A DNA stretch of 64,000 bases from Ylistrum balloti (Eukaryota): the NCBI RefSeq assembly GCF_031769215.1, contig NW_026781885.1, positions 1 through 64,000 of the forward strand, given 5' to 3'. Under the pieces are notes generated by a model. It was not told the origin of the DNA, did no database searches, and saw only the letters and a program-made list of their open reading frames with translations. Positions 28,588-42,125 of the stretch are shown here, piece after piece; position 1 is the stretch's first letter, and the number at the start of each line of letters is the position of its first letter. Made by a program: the position numbers and the translations under genes.

Positions 28588-31500
28588 GACATTGCGGGAA
28601 TAACAACGAGGAAATTAGATCAGTTGTAGATAAATCTAATTATTTCAAGATATACGAATTCCGTGATTTTCAACATATACCTCACTGCATATGTTACTTC
28701 GTCTATTTTCGCTTCAATAAAGACTTGAAAATGTTGAAACTATTCTTAGTCTACTTTGAACCTATTTCACAACGATGATGAAAAAATCCAGTCCTGAGAC
28801 GAGACGTCATATCTAATTTTAGAATTGACAACTATTCCATGACTGCCCAGATGTTTTAAGGATCACTTTCCGTTCTACTTATAAAACACTTACACGTCCA
28901 TCTTCAAGACAGAAGTTATTGCTCCTACTTTCTTTTTGTATTGGTTGTCAACTTGCAGATAGGACAACTTTGTTGTTAAGGAACGAATGTTGCTTCCGGT
29001 ACAGTTTTGCTTACCGGAATTGATTGTTTACGTATAATTTTGAAGTGGGCCTACAAAATTACGGATACGGATAGTTGATACTGAACTAAAGCAGAGACGT
29101 ATATATGTGTTATATATGTCTCTGACTAAGGTGACTAATACGTATACAAGTTATAAAAAATAATTGACTTTGAACATTTTTATACTTACACCAGAGACGT
29201 ACGTCTACAGCTTCTAATCTAATACTTGCCAAAGAGACATATATCGCTAGCATGTCCCTCTGTCAGCAACAACAAAACTGTGGAACTAGAAGTCAATAAC
29301 ATTTATCGTATATTATGTCATATATTTGACATTGCCTTAAAAGCGAGCGCAAGTTGATCAACAAACCGACGAAAGTTCCGGTATCTTAAACAGGAAATCA
29401 GGTACCCTGGATAACAAACGTTCTATTATCTTGAATGATTAAAATTGTATTTTCCCCACAAGTTTTTGGTTACACGCGTTTCCAACCATTAACGCATATA
29501 TTTGTTAATTTTGTTTGAAATATCTAAGACTTTTATTATGATTTCATATCCTGATGAAGGCATGAAAATATTTTGACAGTCAAAATTATTTTTAATCCAT
29601 TCAACGTGTCTCATTGCATGCTGCGGTACTATATTGTGGTTAAGGAAGCCACACTTCCGTTTAAAGTTGCAGCTTAAACTTGATGGTTTTAAGTAACCAC
29701 ATACACAATACCATATAGCGCTCAATTTATTATATTACATCCATGTTGAAAAATACTTATTCCTTATAGGACTGTCTACTTCTTACAATGCTGGAGTACC
29801 GGAACTAATATCCTGTGTATACTCCTGGATGGGACTGAGCAGTGGTTTGGACCCACATATTCACAGTGTGCTAAATTGATGACATCACTTTATCTTGCAT
29901 TCAGATGTGTTTCCATCGGACGAATGGAATTGACAAGACGGAATAACAAGTTAGCTCTCATTGAGACGTGCGAGTTTTTCACCATTAACTATTAAACCAA
30001 ACTGATGTTGTGTTTGAGGGAAGTCTCAGCAAGGAAATAAACGTCCTCTATATACCCCGTACACTATTAAAGAACAACACCTGTATACATAGCAATTAGC
30101 AACTCGGTTGCTAAACAGACGGAGCCGGCATTTATTTTCAAAATACTTGAAAAACCGAGCAACATATATTCATTGTATACGCTTTTCACAATACATGTAA
30201 CACTGCATTTCTCCCACACATACCCTCTGATGGGCATACATTATGTAAAAACCAAGCGCGCCATCCAACTTGTAAAACCTTGACAGGAAAAGGCATGAGG
30301 TGTATCAGCTCCGCAATGCTTAATGTATGTATTGCTGGGATTTCTAACAAAAAAAAGATGCCCGTAATTCATTCAAAACCGTTCTAATCTAAATTATATT
30401 GATCAAATCACCTATAATGCTCTATTCAATAATTGGATCGCATTGTAAAACTTTGGCTCTGTTTGGCGTCCGACGCTAGAATGGAAACCTTCTACCCTAC
30501 ACGTGTAGTACGCGACATTGGTCAAAACTTTAACCCGTTTACGAGCATTCCGTGTATACAGGTCAAATATTTCGCACTATTCTCCGAAACGCGGGAAATT
30601 TAAGATTTCCCCGGGTCTGCGCTTTAGTTTAGCCCACTGAGCAGCCAACCTGATCTAGATTTGACAGCATCTGTGTTACCGTAGAGACCATTCAACAATG
30701 ACCTTGTCAAGATACATATCAATTATATATCTACAAGGACGGTGACTGTTCAACCTAAAGCTATCCTGTATGATTTGCAGATTATTATAGGTGTTTTTTC
30801 ATCTTTATCAATGATCAAGTAATTATTATACAGGAATTTACTCTCCACACGTGTCGGTTACCCAGGGACCCTTCATTTGTGGAGAAAAGGATTCAAATCT
30901 GAAAAAAGAAAGATAAAAACAATATTAGTATTTTTTTCTATTTGTAAACATGACGGCACTCTGAGAGGACACACTTGTCTATAAGTCACGATGACGTCGG
31001 TGAGATAAGCACTTTCCGTTTAATGATACAGTCATTATTTCATTACTTCGTCTGTGCGCGTGTACGTACATTGTTCGTGCATGTGGGGGGGGGGGGGTGA
31101 AAGAGAGAGGTTTGATGGGTTATATTCAATACTTATCACTTCACTATGTATATAAGTGTCGTCTTTACACTCCACGGGACGACAAAGCTAAGACATTCGT
31201 CACAACCTGATGACGATAATTTAATATTCTTTTTTTTTCTGATAAAATCTGATAATTTATCCGGAACGAAAATTAACGTTATCTCTCGCGCGTAAGCGGG
31301 ACTAGAGGGCGATATTTAACATTGCTTCCCGACGTAACGATATGGCACATAACATCTGCCATATAAAAACGGTGACCTCCTAGTCCAACACGTGTATTGC
31401 GTCACAGGTTTTGTGTTACAGAGAGAAGGTAAACAACCTGTCGATATTGCTTACCTATTATTAAAACAAATATTCTCGATTACTCTGTATCAGTTGAACG

Positions 31501-33444
31501 TAACAAGCGATCGGAGGTAAAGGTTATCATCAACACAGGACTAGGCAGGACTGCATACGTACACACTCTGCCTTATAGATCTAGAGTTTCTGAACAAACA
31601 CCTCGAGATGTTGACGAACAGGCGACGCCGCCGATTTGTGTACTTTAACTTTACGAATTCTTTAATGAATTACTTAGTCAAACAGAGTTTTAAAATAAAT
31701 AGCTGGTGCCATATTGATACTTTAACCAGATATACCATGTTTGACTGGCTTTCTACCAGGGACCAATTCCAAGATATCACGACCTTGCCTCGATTCAAAG
31801 TCCCGTATCTCGAAAATGTCACTTTCGGGTCGTATGTTAAGATTGAAGTTGCGTTTCAATAGTTGATGTGATAGTCTCCACGCGTTGCCGGGATTTAGAT
31901 AAATACTGTTTTATAAACCAGATTGAATATATATATCGGTGATAAAGCTTTGCCGTAAGACAGGTTTGTAAGTATATACGGATGGAGCTGTGCAAAGGAC
32001 GTTACTTTGTGACGGAGAGTTAGAATGATCAGGACATTCCAGCTTCCTCGTCATTAATGTGATTTAAACCACAGGTAAGTAAAATACACAAAAGAGAGCG
32101 ATTTGCTGCGGGGTATGTAAATGTGTCTGCTGATCAATTCTCTCTCAATACACAACATTCATATCTTTAGTGTTTTATAGCTAGTTAGATCATATACTCC
32201 TTTAAACACTAACACTTACTAGTCTCATTCAAAAGAAAAATCCATTCTTATGCAATCTTGTAACTGACTAAATACAATGTAAAGTTTGATAATAGTCTCA
32301 TTCCGCAAGTTTGTGACTAGCTTTCACGGAGATCACACATCATGCTTGTAAATTATAAGTTGAGGGAGAGCATCCGATTGCTGTTAATTTTCTTTGTCCC
32401 TTTAAACCCGTCTTCAGACTATACATACGTGACATTAAGCTACAATTTGAAATCTTTAAATCTAACCTTTTTATACTAAACTGCATCGTCCTGTAAGAAC
32501 GATAACTCTGTCAGCTCTATCAGTTACATCTCGACTCTGTCTTTTATCCCTAACGAACACTGTCCTTTTCAACGCCTAAGAACTTAAAAATACCAACTGG
32601 TATAGAGTTGTATTGAGTATAAGTGTGCTAGGATGACATTAGCCGGTATTTGTTTAGGTGATATGTCAGTGTGTACTCGCCTGGTGACATTGTCTCTGTA
32701 TGATTGTATCATAACGAGTGGGACTAATTGGGAAGCCCAATAAGGACGTGTCACAAATTTAAATACTTAAACAGGTGAAAGCAAATATAGATATAACATC
32801 ACAAGGCTCTAAAGACAATCGTTCGGATTTATTGGAAGTTGACTTACCGTTACCAACATTAACAGACATCGGTCCACCTTACTGTAGTTAAAATTTCCAA
32901 TGAACAATTGGGAAAGGAGAGGTCATAAGAACCTGGAAAGTCAATAAACCAATGAACTGATCATCAGCCTGAGAATTTAGTGGGGAATCCAGTTTTAATT
33001 CACACGCATAACTCATGATACTTGAACATACATTAAAGTAAGAAAGAAACATTGCATTCCAAAGCCTAGATATTTGTTCTACAAGCCGTTCTTAAGACGG
33101 AAGGTTTATGTCGAGGTCATACATCGGGTTATTGCTAGTCTCGATTTGACGAAACATTCAGCTTCTAAAACTTATCTCAACATCAATTCTGAAAATTCAC
33201 ATTGCTCCATTTATACAACCCATGCTACTTAGTTGGTTTGGCCTATATAGATCAACCTGATGTTGACAACAATTGTCATACAATTTTCACGTCAGCTGTC
33301 CGGCAGTCTTTATTTGGATCAGAAATTGTTAATTGGTGATGGAACCGTCCTGGATCTCACGGTGGAAAAATGAGGAAGGGGGAGGGGAGCCGTTTTTTAT
33401 ACATGAGATAACCAAGAAACTATTCTTGGTATCACGAATTTTAG

Positions 33445-35160
33445 GGATGGAACCGTTCGAGATAACACAGTTGATATGGAGGAAACCTGATTGTTCTAGA
33501 TAACTTGCGTTAAAAGGAATGGAATATATGTTAATGGCGAGAACCGTTCTGGAAAACATGGGTTAATGGCGAGGGAACCGTTCAAGATAGTATGGGGTAT
33601 TGGCGAGGGAACCATTCTAGATAACACGGGGAATTGGCGAGGAAACCGTTATAGATAATATGAGTTATTGGCGAGGGAACCGTTCTAGATAACACGGGTT
33701 ATAAGCGAGGGAACCGTTCTAGATAACACGGTTTATTAGCGAGGGAACCGTTCTAGATGATACGGTTTATTGGCGAGGGAACCGTTCTAGATAACACAGA
33801 TTATTAGCGAGGGAACAGTTCTAGATAACACAAGTTATTGGCGAGGGAACCGTTCTAGATAGCACGGGTTATTGGCAAGGGAACCGTTCCAGATAACACG
33901 GGTTATTGGCGAGGGAACCGTTCCAGATAACACAGGTTATTGGCGAGGGAACCGTTCTAGATAACATGGGTTATTGGCGAGGGAACCGTTCTAGATAACA
34001 CGGATTATTAGCGAGGGAACCGTTCTAGATAACACGGTTTATTGGCGAGGGAACCGTTCTAGATAACACGGGTTATTAGCGATTGAACCGTTCTAGATAA
34101 CACGGTTTATTGGCGAGGGAACCGTTCTAGATAACACGGGCTATTAGCGAGGGAACCGTTCTAGATAACACGGGTTATTGGCAAGGGAACCGTTCCAGAT
34201 AACACGGGTTATTGGCGAGGGAACCGTTCCAGATAACACGGGTTATTGGCGAGGGAACCGTTCTAGATAACATGGGTTATTGGCGAGGGAACCGTTCTAG
34301 ATAACACGGTTTATTGGCGAGGGAACCGTTCTAGATAACACGGGCTATTAGCGAGGGAACCGTTCTAGATAACACGGTTTATTGGCGAGGGAACCGTTCT
34401 AGATAACATGGGTTATTGGCGAGGGAACCGTTCTAGATAACACGGATTATTAGCGAGGGAACCGTTCTAGATAACACGGTTTATTGGCGAGGGAACCGTT
34501 CTAGATAACACGGGTTATTAGCGATTGAACCGTTCTAGATAACACGGTTTATTGGCGAGGGAACCGTTCTAGATAACACGGGCTATTAGCGAGGGAACCG
34601 TTCTAGATAACACGGGTTATTGGCAAGGGAACCGTTCCAGATAACACGGGTTATTGGCGAGGGAACCGTTCCAGATAACACAGGTTATTGGCGAGGGAAC
34701 CGTTCTAGATAACATGGGTTATTGGCGAGGGAACCGTTCTAGATAACACGGTTTATTGGCGAGGGAACCGTTCTAGATAACACGGGCTATTAGCGAGGGA
34801 ACCGTTCTAGATAACACGGGTTATTGGCAAGGGAACCGTTCCAGATAACACGGGTTATTGGCGAGGGAACCGTTCCAGATAACACAGGTTATTGGCGAGG
34901 GAACCGTTCTAGATAACATGGGTTATTGGCGAGGGAACCGTTCTAGATAACACGGATTATTAGCGAGGGAACCGTTCTAGATAACACGGTTTATTGGCGA
35001 GGGAACCGTTCTAGATAACACGGGTTATTAGCGATTGAACCGTTCTAGATAACACGGTTTAGTGGCGAGGGAACCGTTCTAGATAACACGGGCTATTAGC
35101 GAGGGAAACGTTCTAGATAACACGGGCTAATAGCGAGGGAAACGTTCTAGATAACACAGG
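33445..35160. repeat. 34-bp tandem satellite (GAGGGAACCGTTCTAGATAACACGGGTTATTGGC), about 48 copies
   Basis: Direct reading; degenerate edges. Confidence 0.95.
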
Positions 35161-36319
35161 TTGATAGGGAAGGAAACGTCGTAGATAAAACGATATTTCT
35201 TATTTGGGTATGAGTGGTAAAATCCGCCCAATTTGACACTGACTAAATAGTAATAAAAGCCACTTAATTTACGACTAACCCGCTCCTAAATGTCTCCATA
35301 GAGTATCGTTTGCTGTGTTACAATGTAAACATAAATCACTTATTTTACAAGAATGATTTATAAAAAAAATAAGGATTAATTACGTCTCTTGTTTAATCTA
35401 CAGATCTAGTATTACTATGTAGACCTGTCCCTATCTCATTCCAACCTTTATCGGCCTGTGTGTATTGTATACATACTCTAATTATGGCCGTTATAATTAA
35501 TGTAAAAACGATGTCAATTACAGGTGTACTGTCAGCGCACGTCGGTAATGTAAGACATGTGATACAGTATTAAGCTACAATAATGCAGACGGTCGTGGGA
35601 AGTCAGTTAGATTATGAATGACTAAGCATTGATGATAATTAATATACACTGTGATCTGGTACACACGCACAATGCGTCTTTGTAAATTGAACGAAAATCA
35701 TGTATAATTTCAATAACTCTTTCCCCTTTATATAATCAAGTCAATTTATCTTCATCTTGTAAATTGCACTTTGTATACTGTTTGTGCCTGTCTGCTTTTC
35801 CTCAATCGAAATACCATTCACTATTTTTTGTCTTATTTAATGCTTCGTTTACTTATAAATTAAACATTTTCGAGTTCTGACAGTAATATTTTCAAAATTT
35901 AAAGATGAAGTATATAAACTTAGTGATGTGTGACGTACTAATATCTGAAATCCTACTATATATGGATATAGATCAATAGTATATCTGTGGTAACCGAAAC
36001 AAAGCGTCAACAACAGTAACAATGTTACTGAGGGGAATCAATATTGACCATTATGTTTGTGTCAGGCTTTCGGAAGGCGACCATTGTGGTTGTATCGATG
36101 GAATAGTAAATAAGAGATGGAAATACATAATATATGACCACAGACCTGTAAAGTGAGATGTAGGATTGTTTTCGATATTGACAACCCGATGCCGAGTACG
36201 TAATGACAACTTTAATCGTGAAATAATCTTTAAAAAATAACATTTGAAAGGGGAATTCTGTATTTTTCTATATTCATCCTCCATGAAAAGTTTGAGGAAG
36301 GCGATCAAGGTCCAAGCAA

Positions 36320-37215
36320 GAGACGTAGTTTAATACCTTGTAGAGACGAGCTGTCAATACCTTCTACAGACGAGCTGTCAATACCATCCACAGACGAGTT
36401 GTCAATAACGTCTACAGACGAGTTGTCAGTACCTTCTAGAGACGAGTAGTCAATACCTTCTAGAGACGAGTTGTCAATACCTTCTAGAGACGAGTTGCCA
36501 ATACCGTCTGTAGACGAGTTGTCAATACCTTCTAGAGACGAGTTGTCAATACCTTCTAGAGACGAGTCGCCAATACCTTCTAGAGACGAGTTGTCAATAC
36601 TATAAAGAGACGAGTTGCCACTACCGTCTACAGACAAGTTGTCAATACCTTCTAGAGACGAGTTGTCAACACCGTATAGAGACGAGTTGTCAATACCATC
36701 TAAAGACGAGTTGTCAATACCATCTAAAGACGAGTTGTCAATGCCGTCTAGAGACGAGTTGTCAATACTATAAAGAGACGAGTTGCCACTACCGTCTACA
36801 GACAAGTTGTCAATACTTTCTAGAGACGAAGTGCCAGTACCATGTAGAGACGAGTTGTCAATACCTTCTAGAGACGAGTTGCAAATACCGTCTACAGACG
36901 AGTTGTCAATACCTTCTAGAGACGAGTTGTCAATACCGTCTACAGACGAGTTGTCAATACCATCCACAGACGAGTTGTCAATACAGTCTACAGACGAGTT
37001 GTCAATACCATCTAGAAACGAGTTGCCAATGCTATTTAGAGATGAAGTGTCGATACTATTTATGGACGAGGTGTCAATACCGTCTACAGAAGAGTTGTCT
37101 ATACCATCTACATACGGTGTGTTAATACCGTCCACAGACGAGGTGTAAGAGCCATCTAGAGGCGAGGTGTCAATACCTGATAGAGATCAGATGCCAATAC
37201 CGTCTTGAAACGAGA
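36320..37215. repeat. 24-bp minisatellite (AGACGAGTTGTCAATACCTTCTAG), about 36 copies
   Basis: Direct reading; the minus frame is open (GIDNSSLE repeats). Confidence 0.9.
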
Positions 37216-38351
37216 TGTCAAAACATAACGAGTTTATTAATTCCGTTTAAAATTATAACATACAAATTCAACTTGATATTTAAATGAATACTATATCTCA
37301 TTTGGAATATTACTTGAGAGAACTGCTTACAAAATATAGAGATTGATTTGTGTACAGTTTAATATTACGTATGTCAGCATTTCTAGCACGCGGAACCCCC
37401 CGAATGTGATTGACTTCATTAATTGACTTGCATTACGTAGATACGCGTGGGTCAGTGTGTTAGTTTTACCCAGCTGTGACGGTGTATTGAAGTACACTGT
37501 ACTGACGACAATGCGCCCGTCATCTATATGATTAAGTAGTATCCTTACCTAGCTTTTGTAATTTAATTACCGTCCAGGGCTCTGTTATTGTAAGGTCATT
37601 GTACCAACATTTACAGCTAAGCCGGGTATGTCAATGGTTTATAAGCTCACAAGCTTTACGGACAAAATAAAAACATGTCGGAAATTAATAGAAATTGAGA
37701 TCTCATCTAACTAGCTTGATTGATATGTAGGGTTCCATAAAAGAAGGATATACTGTGGAAACATTGGAACATATCACATCCAGACTGATCTTGAACTAAG
37801 TCGAGTTGACAAGGCTTTCGCTGACGTATTGAGGTGTTAACTGGACTTATTCAACATGCCAGGTTCCTAAGTCCCCTATAGACGGATAATACTGTATTAG
37901 CACTATACATACCTATATCCTTATCTTAACATAAGGAACACACATGCTGGTGTGAACTGATTGTAGTAACGGACAGTAATAATGAAACTTACATCAAACG
38001 TTCACCTAAATATGCATTTCGATGTGGAATTTGTCACGTGAGTTAGTCGCTTCGATGGAGAAACAAGTTCTTCAACTCGTGCTTCGTCCAGAAGGTAATG
38101 TAAATGATATCTGAACAGGAATGATATGTTAATGTCGGACTTGAATATTTCTGTAGCGATAATATTTCATTCCTATATTTCTAGTTATAAAATGGAATAA
38201 TCTAGTCGAGTTAGAAATGACAATGAAATAACTTAATTGTGAAAGTCTTGTCTTATTGTGTCTCTAAATGTAGCTGTAGAATAGAATAAACTTTATTTTA
38301 CAATAATTGCGAAACAAGTTTTTCCATTTTAAATTAATCACTCTTATTGGC

Positions 38352-38516
38352 CCGAACGGAAGCGCGTGAGGGGTGTTAGTGTGGGAGCCGGAGTACCCTT
38401 GAAAAACCCCACGTGGTCGGGTAAGTGACTCCATACCTTCACGTCCATTCCGGGAATCGGGCCCCGGACGGCGAGGTGAAAGGCGAGTGCGTTGCAACGA
38501 CGTCACCCGACCACCC
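38352..38516 (-). mobile_element. tRNA-derived SINE (V/Meta-SINE-type central domain), degenerate
   Basis: Minus strand: tRNA-like head GGGTGGTCGGGTGACG...CCCGATTCCCGG (A/B-box-like), then GGGGTTTTTCAAGGGTACTCCGGCTCCCAC, resembling the conserved GGGTTTTCTCCGGGTACTCCGGTTTCCTCCCAC domain. Confidence 0.7.
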
Positions 38517-38549
38517 ATGTAGCTGTAATGGTCACTGGTATAAACCCTG

Positions 38550-38746
38550 GTCCGAACACCCTACTCCAACTTACAGTGGACACTGTTAGAAAGTCTGGTC
38601 CGAACACCCCTACTCCGACTTACAGTGGACACTGTTAAAAAGTCAGGTCCGAACACCCCTACTCCGACTTACAGTGGACACTGTTAAAAAGTCAGGTCCG
38701 AACACCCCTACTCCGACTTACAGTGGACACTGTTAAAAAGTCAGAT
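38550..38746. repeat. 49-bp tandem repeat, 4 copies (GTCCGAACACCCCTACTCCGACTTACAGTGGACACTGTTAAAAAGTCAG)
   Basis: Copies start at 38550, 38598, 38647 and 38696. Confidence 0.9.
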
Positions 38747-40643
38747 CCGCCCCCGGTCCGAATGGTAGTGGTTAAGATCTGACCGCCCCTGGTCCGAATG
38801 GTAGTGGTTAAAGATCTGACCGCCCCTGGTCCGAATGGTAGTGGTTAAGATCTGACCGCCCCTGGTCCGAATGGTAGTGGTTAAGATCTGACCTCCTCTG
38901 GTCCGAATGGTAGTGGTTACAGATCTGACCGCCCTTAATTCGAACGGTAGTGGTTAAGATCTGACCGCCCCTGGTCCGAATGGTAGTGGTTAAGATCTGA
39001 CCGCCCCTGGTCCGAATGGTAGTGGTTAAAGATCTGACCGCCCCTGGTCCGAATGGTAGTGGTTAAGATCTGACCGCCTCTGGTCCGAATGGTAGTGGTT
39101 AAGATCTGACCGCTCCTGGTCCGAATGGTAGTGGTTAAGATCTGACCGCTCCTGGTCCGAATGGTAGTGGTTACAGATCTGACCGCCCCTGGTCCGAATG
39201 GTAGTGGTTAAGATTTGACCGCCCTGGTCCGAACGGTAGTGGTTACAGATCTGACCGCCCCCGGTCCGAATGGTAGTGGTTAAGATCTTACCGCCCCTGG
39301 TCCGAATGGTAGTGGTTAAGATCTGACCTCCTGTGGTCCGAATGGTAGTGGTTAAGATCTGACCGCCCCTGGTCCGAATGGTAGTGGTTAAGATCTGACC
39401 GCTCCTGGTCCGAATGGTAGTGGTTAAGATCTGACCGCCCCTGGTCCGAATGGTAGTGGTTAAGATCTGACCGCCCCTGGTCCGAATGGTAGTGATTAAG
39501 ATCTGACCGCCCCTGGTCCGAATGGTAGTGGTTAAGATCTGACCGCCTCTGGTCCGAATGGTAGTGGTTAAGATCTGACCGCCCCTGGTCCGAATGGTAG
39601 TGGTTACAGATCTGACCGCCCCTAATTCGAACGGTAGTGGTTAAGATCTGACCGCCCCTGGTCCGAATGGTAGTGGTTAAGATCTGACCGCTCCTGGTCC
39701 GAATGGTAGTGGTTAAGATCTGACCGCTCCTGGTCCGAATGGTAGTGGTTACAGATCTGACCGCCCCTGGTCCGAATGGTAGTGGTTAAGATTTGACCGC
39801 CCTGGTCCGAACGGTAGTGGTTACAGATCTGACCGCCCCCGGTCCGAATGGTAGTGGTTAAGATCTTACCGCCCCTGGTCCGAATGGTAGTGGTTAAGAT
39901 CTGACCTCCTGTGGTCCGAATGGTAGTGGTTAAGATCTGACCGCCCCTGGTCCGAATGGTAGTGGTTAAGATCTGACCGCCCCTGGTCCGAATGGTAGTG
40001 GTTAAGATCTGACCGCCCCTGGTCCGAATGGTAGTGGTTAAGATCTGACCGCCCCTGGTCCGAATGGTAGTGATTAAGATCTGACCGCCCCTGGTCCGAA
40101 TGGTAGTGGTTAAGATCTGACCGCCTCTGGTCCGAATGGTAGTGGTTAAGATCTGACCGCCCCTGGTCCGAATGGTAGTGGTTACAGATCTGACCGCCCC
40201 TAATTCGAACGGTAGTGGTTAAGATCTGACCGCCCCTGGTCCGAATGGTAGTGGTTAAGATCTGACCGCTCCTGGTCCGAATGGTAGTGGTTAAGATCTG
40301 ACCGCTCCTGGTCCGAATGGTAGTGGTTACAGATCTGACCGCCCCTGGTCCGAATGGTAGTGGTTAAGATTTGACCGCCCTGGTCCGAACGGTAGTGGTT
40401 ACAGATCTGACCGCCCCCGGTCCGAATGGTAGTGGTTAAGATCTTACCGCCCCTGGTCCGAATGGTAGTGGTTAAGATCTGACCTCCTGTGGTCCGAATG
40501 GTAGTGGTTAAGATCTGACCGCCCCTGGTCCGAATGGTAGTGGTTAAGATCTGACCGCCCCTGGTCCGAATGGTAGTGATTAAGATCTGACCGCCCCTGG
40601 TCCGAATGGTAGTGGTTAAGTTCTGACCGCCCCTGGTCCGAAA
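38742..40643. repeat. 36-bp tandem satellite (AGATCTGACCGCCCCTGGTCCGAATGGTAGTGGTTA), about 53 copies
   Basis: Direct reading; variant TAATTCGAACGG recurs at 38936, 39623 and 40201. Confidence 0.95.
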
Positions 40644-42125
40644 TGAAGTGATTACTTATATAATACACATCATGAATGATGTGAATGCATATTTGAGCTG
40701 ATAAAATACTGATAAACTTGTACAATTTTCCCATTTCTTACATTTGAAGACGGTAACACCATTAGGTTGCCACCTATGTGACTAGTTACATTGGTATTCA
40801 TTTTCGAGTAAACTTTGATCAAATATCAACATGGTATATTCTTACCGCTTTAGAAACTTGAAAATTTGAAAATCAAGTTTAGATTTATATTTGAAATGAA
40901 GTTAGGAATTGATGTTGAAATTGGAATGCGACTGACGAGAATTTGAGAGATAACGAGTCTAGTTTCGGATGACGATGTAAGAAATGCACAAAAACATGTT
41001 TTAACAATTGTTCAGAAAGTCTAGTTTTTGACAAAATGAGTTTGTACCACGCGTAAGCGATTGACTAAAAAGTGTTAAGATCTAAATAGCAACGTCCAAC
41101 TTTTATCATAAAAGAGTTGTTGTGGGATTATATTGATATCTTCGCTTGATGCTAGCCTTAACATAAAGACTGATCTGTATTTTGAGTGAATAATGTACAT
41201 GTTATATGTGTTTTCAGTTTCTTGTGTGTGGACATTTACCCCGACCCTACACACGTTTTTCATTTCCCGCCAACAACAGTTGAAAAGCTTTGTAAGCGCC
41301 AAGATCTATTTCCCATACAATTTATTATGAAATTCGATATTCTACAATATATTTCATTAAAAAGTCAAGCATTCAATAGAAAACAGCCTTGTTACCCATG
41401 AAAATCAAGTTTATTCGTTTTAACTGCTTTGAGGAAAATTAAGATGAAGCTGACAAAGTAGTGGAACTATAATCGCCCTCCGCCTGTCAATAGCAGCCTA
41501 TACATTATATCGACCCCAGTCATAAAAAACAAGCGTATCAAACAGAGAACAAAGATACAAGGCATTTCTTGTTGTCTCTGTTCCAGTGTCATTCGAAAAA
41601 CCAACAAGCGTCTCCTTCAAACAATATTAGAAATATCGTAACTATTTACTGTGAATTATTTTGATAAAATGTTTATGCCATAAAAGGGGATGTATGTTGT
41701 ACTTGAAGCATTGTGATAAGTAACGTGTAAAGCTGACCTGAGCAGCTGTATGTTTAAATATTTACTACTGAAATAGCTGTACCTAATAAATAAATCCACC
41801 TGTTGTGAACCATGCTATAGTCGACATATTAAACACGAGGGTTTGGCCTCTTTAAAGATTTCACTTTAAATAACAAGATTACCTTTATCTCTGACAAACT
41901 ATATGATGAATTGGGGTTTTAGGGCACCAGTTGGTATTACATAGGGACGGATATTACAATGCGCCACTTTGTAACTGCTGTAGTTATCTTGTAGTCAGGT
42001 GTAAAATTATTTCACATTCTAAATCCAAGTGTTCAGTCTACATAGTAGTTCATGGTATATGTGCGTCCTTGACACGTGTAATGTATATATTTGATTTTGT
42101 TGATAGACGAGTACACATTACACTG

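Noticed and set aside
30594-30612. GGGAAAT-TTAAG-ATTTCCC dyad (kappaB-like half sites)
   Set aside because: Spacing does not fit a 10-bp kappaB site; a single short palindrome is expected by chance.
30835-30901. Strong minus-strand acceptor at about 30901 followed by a short open frame
   Set aside because: No recognisable peptide or clear donor; could be a UTR exon but unsupported.
33540-35160. Heat-shock-element-like GAAnnnTTCnnGAT in the 34-bp unit
   Set aside because: GAA-TTC spacing is 3 rather than 2 and the third pentamer is mismatched.
38440-38516. tRNA gene
   Set aside because: The tRNA-like boxes are degenerate and continue into a SINE body; no complete cloverleaf.
11673-40643. 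CRISPR-like appearance of the 34-44-bp repeats
   Set aside because: Head-to-tail units without unique spacers, no cas genes, eukaryotic context.
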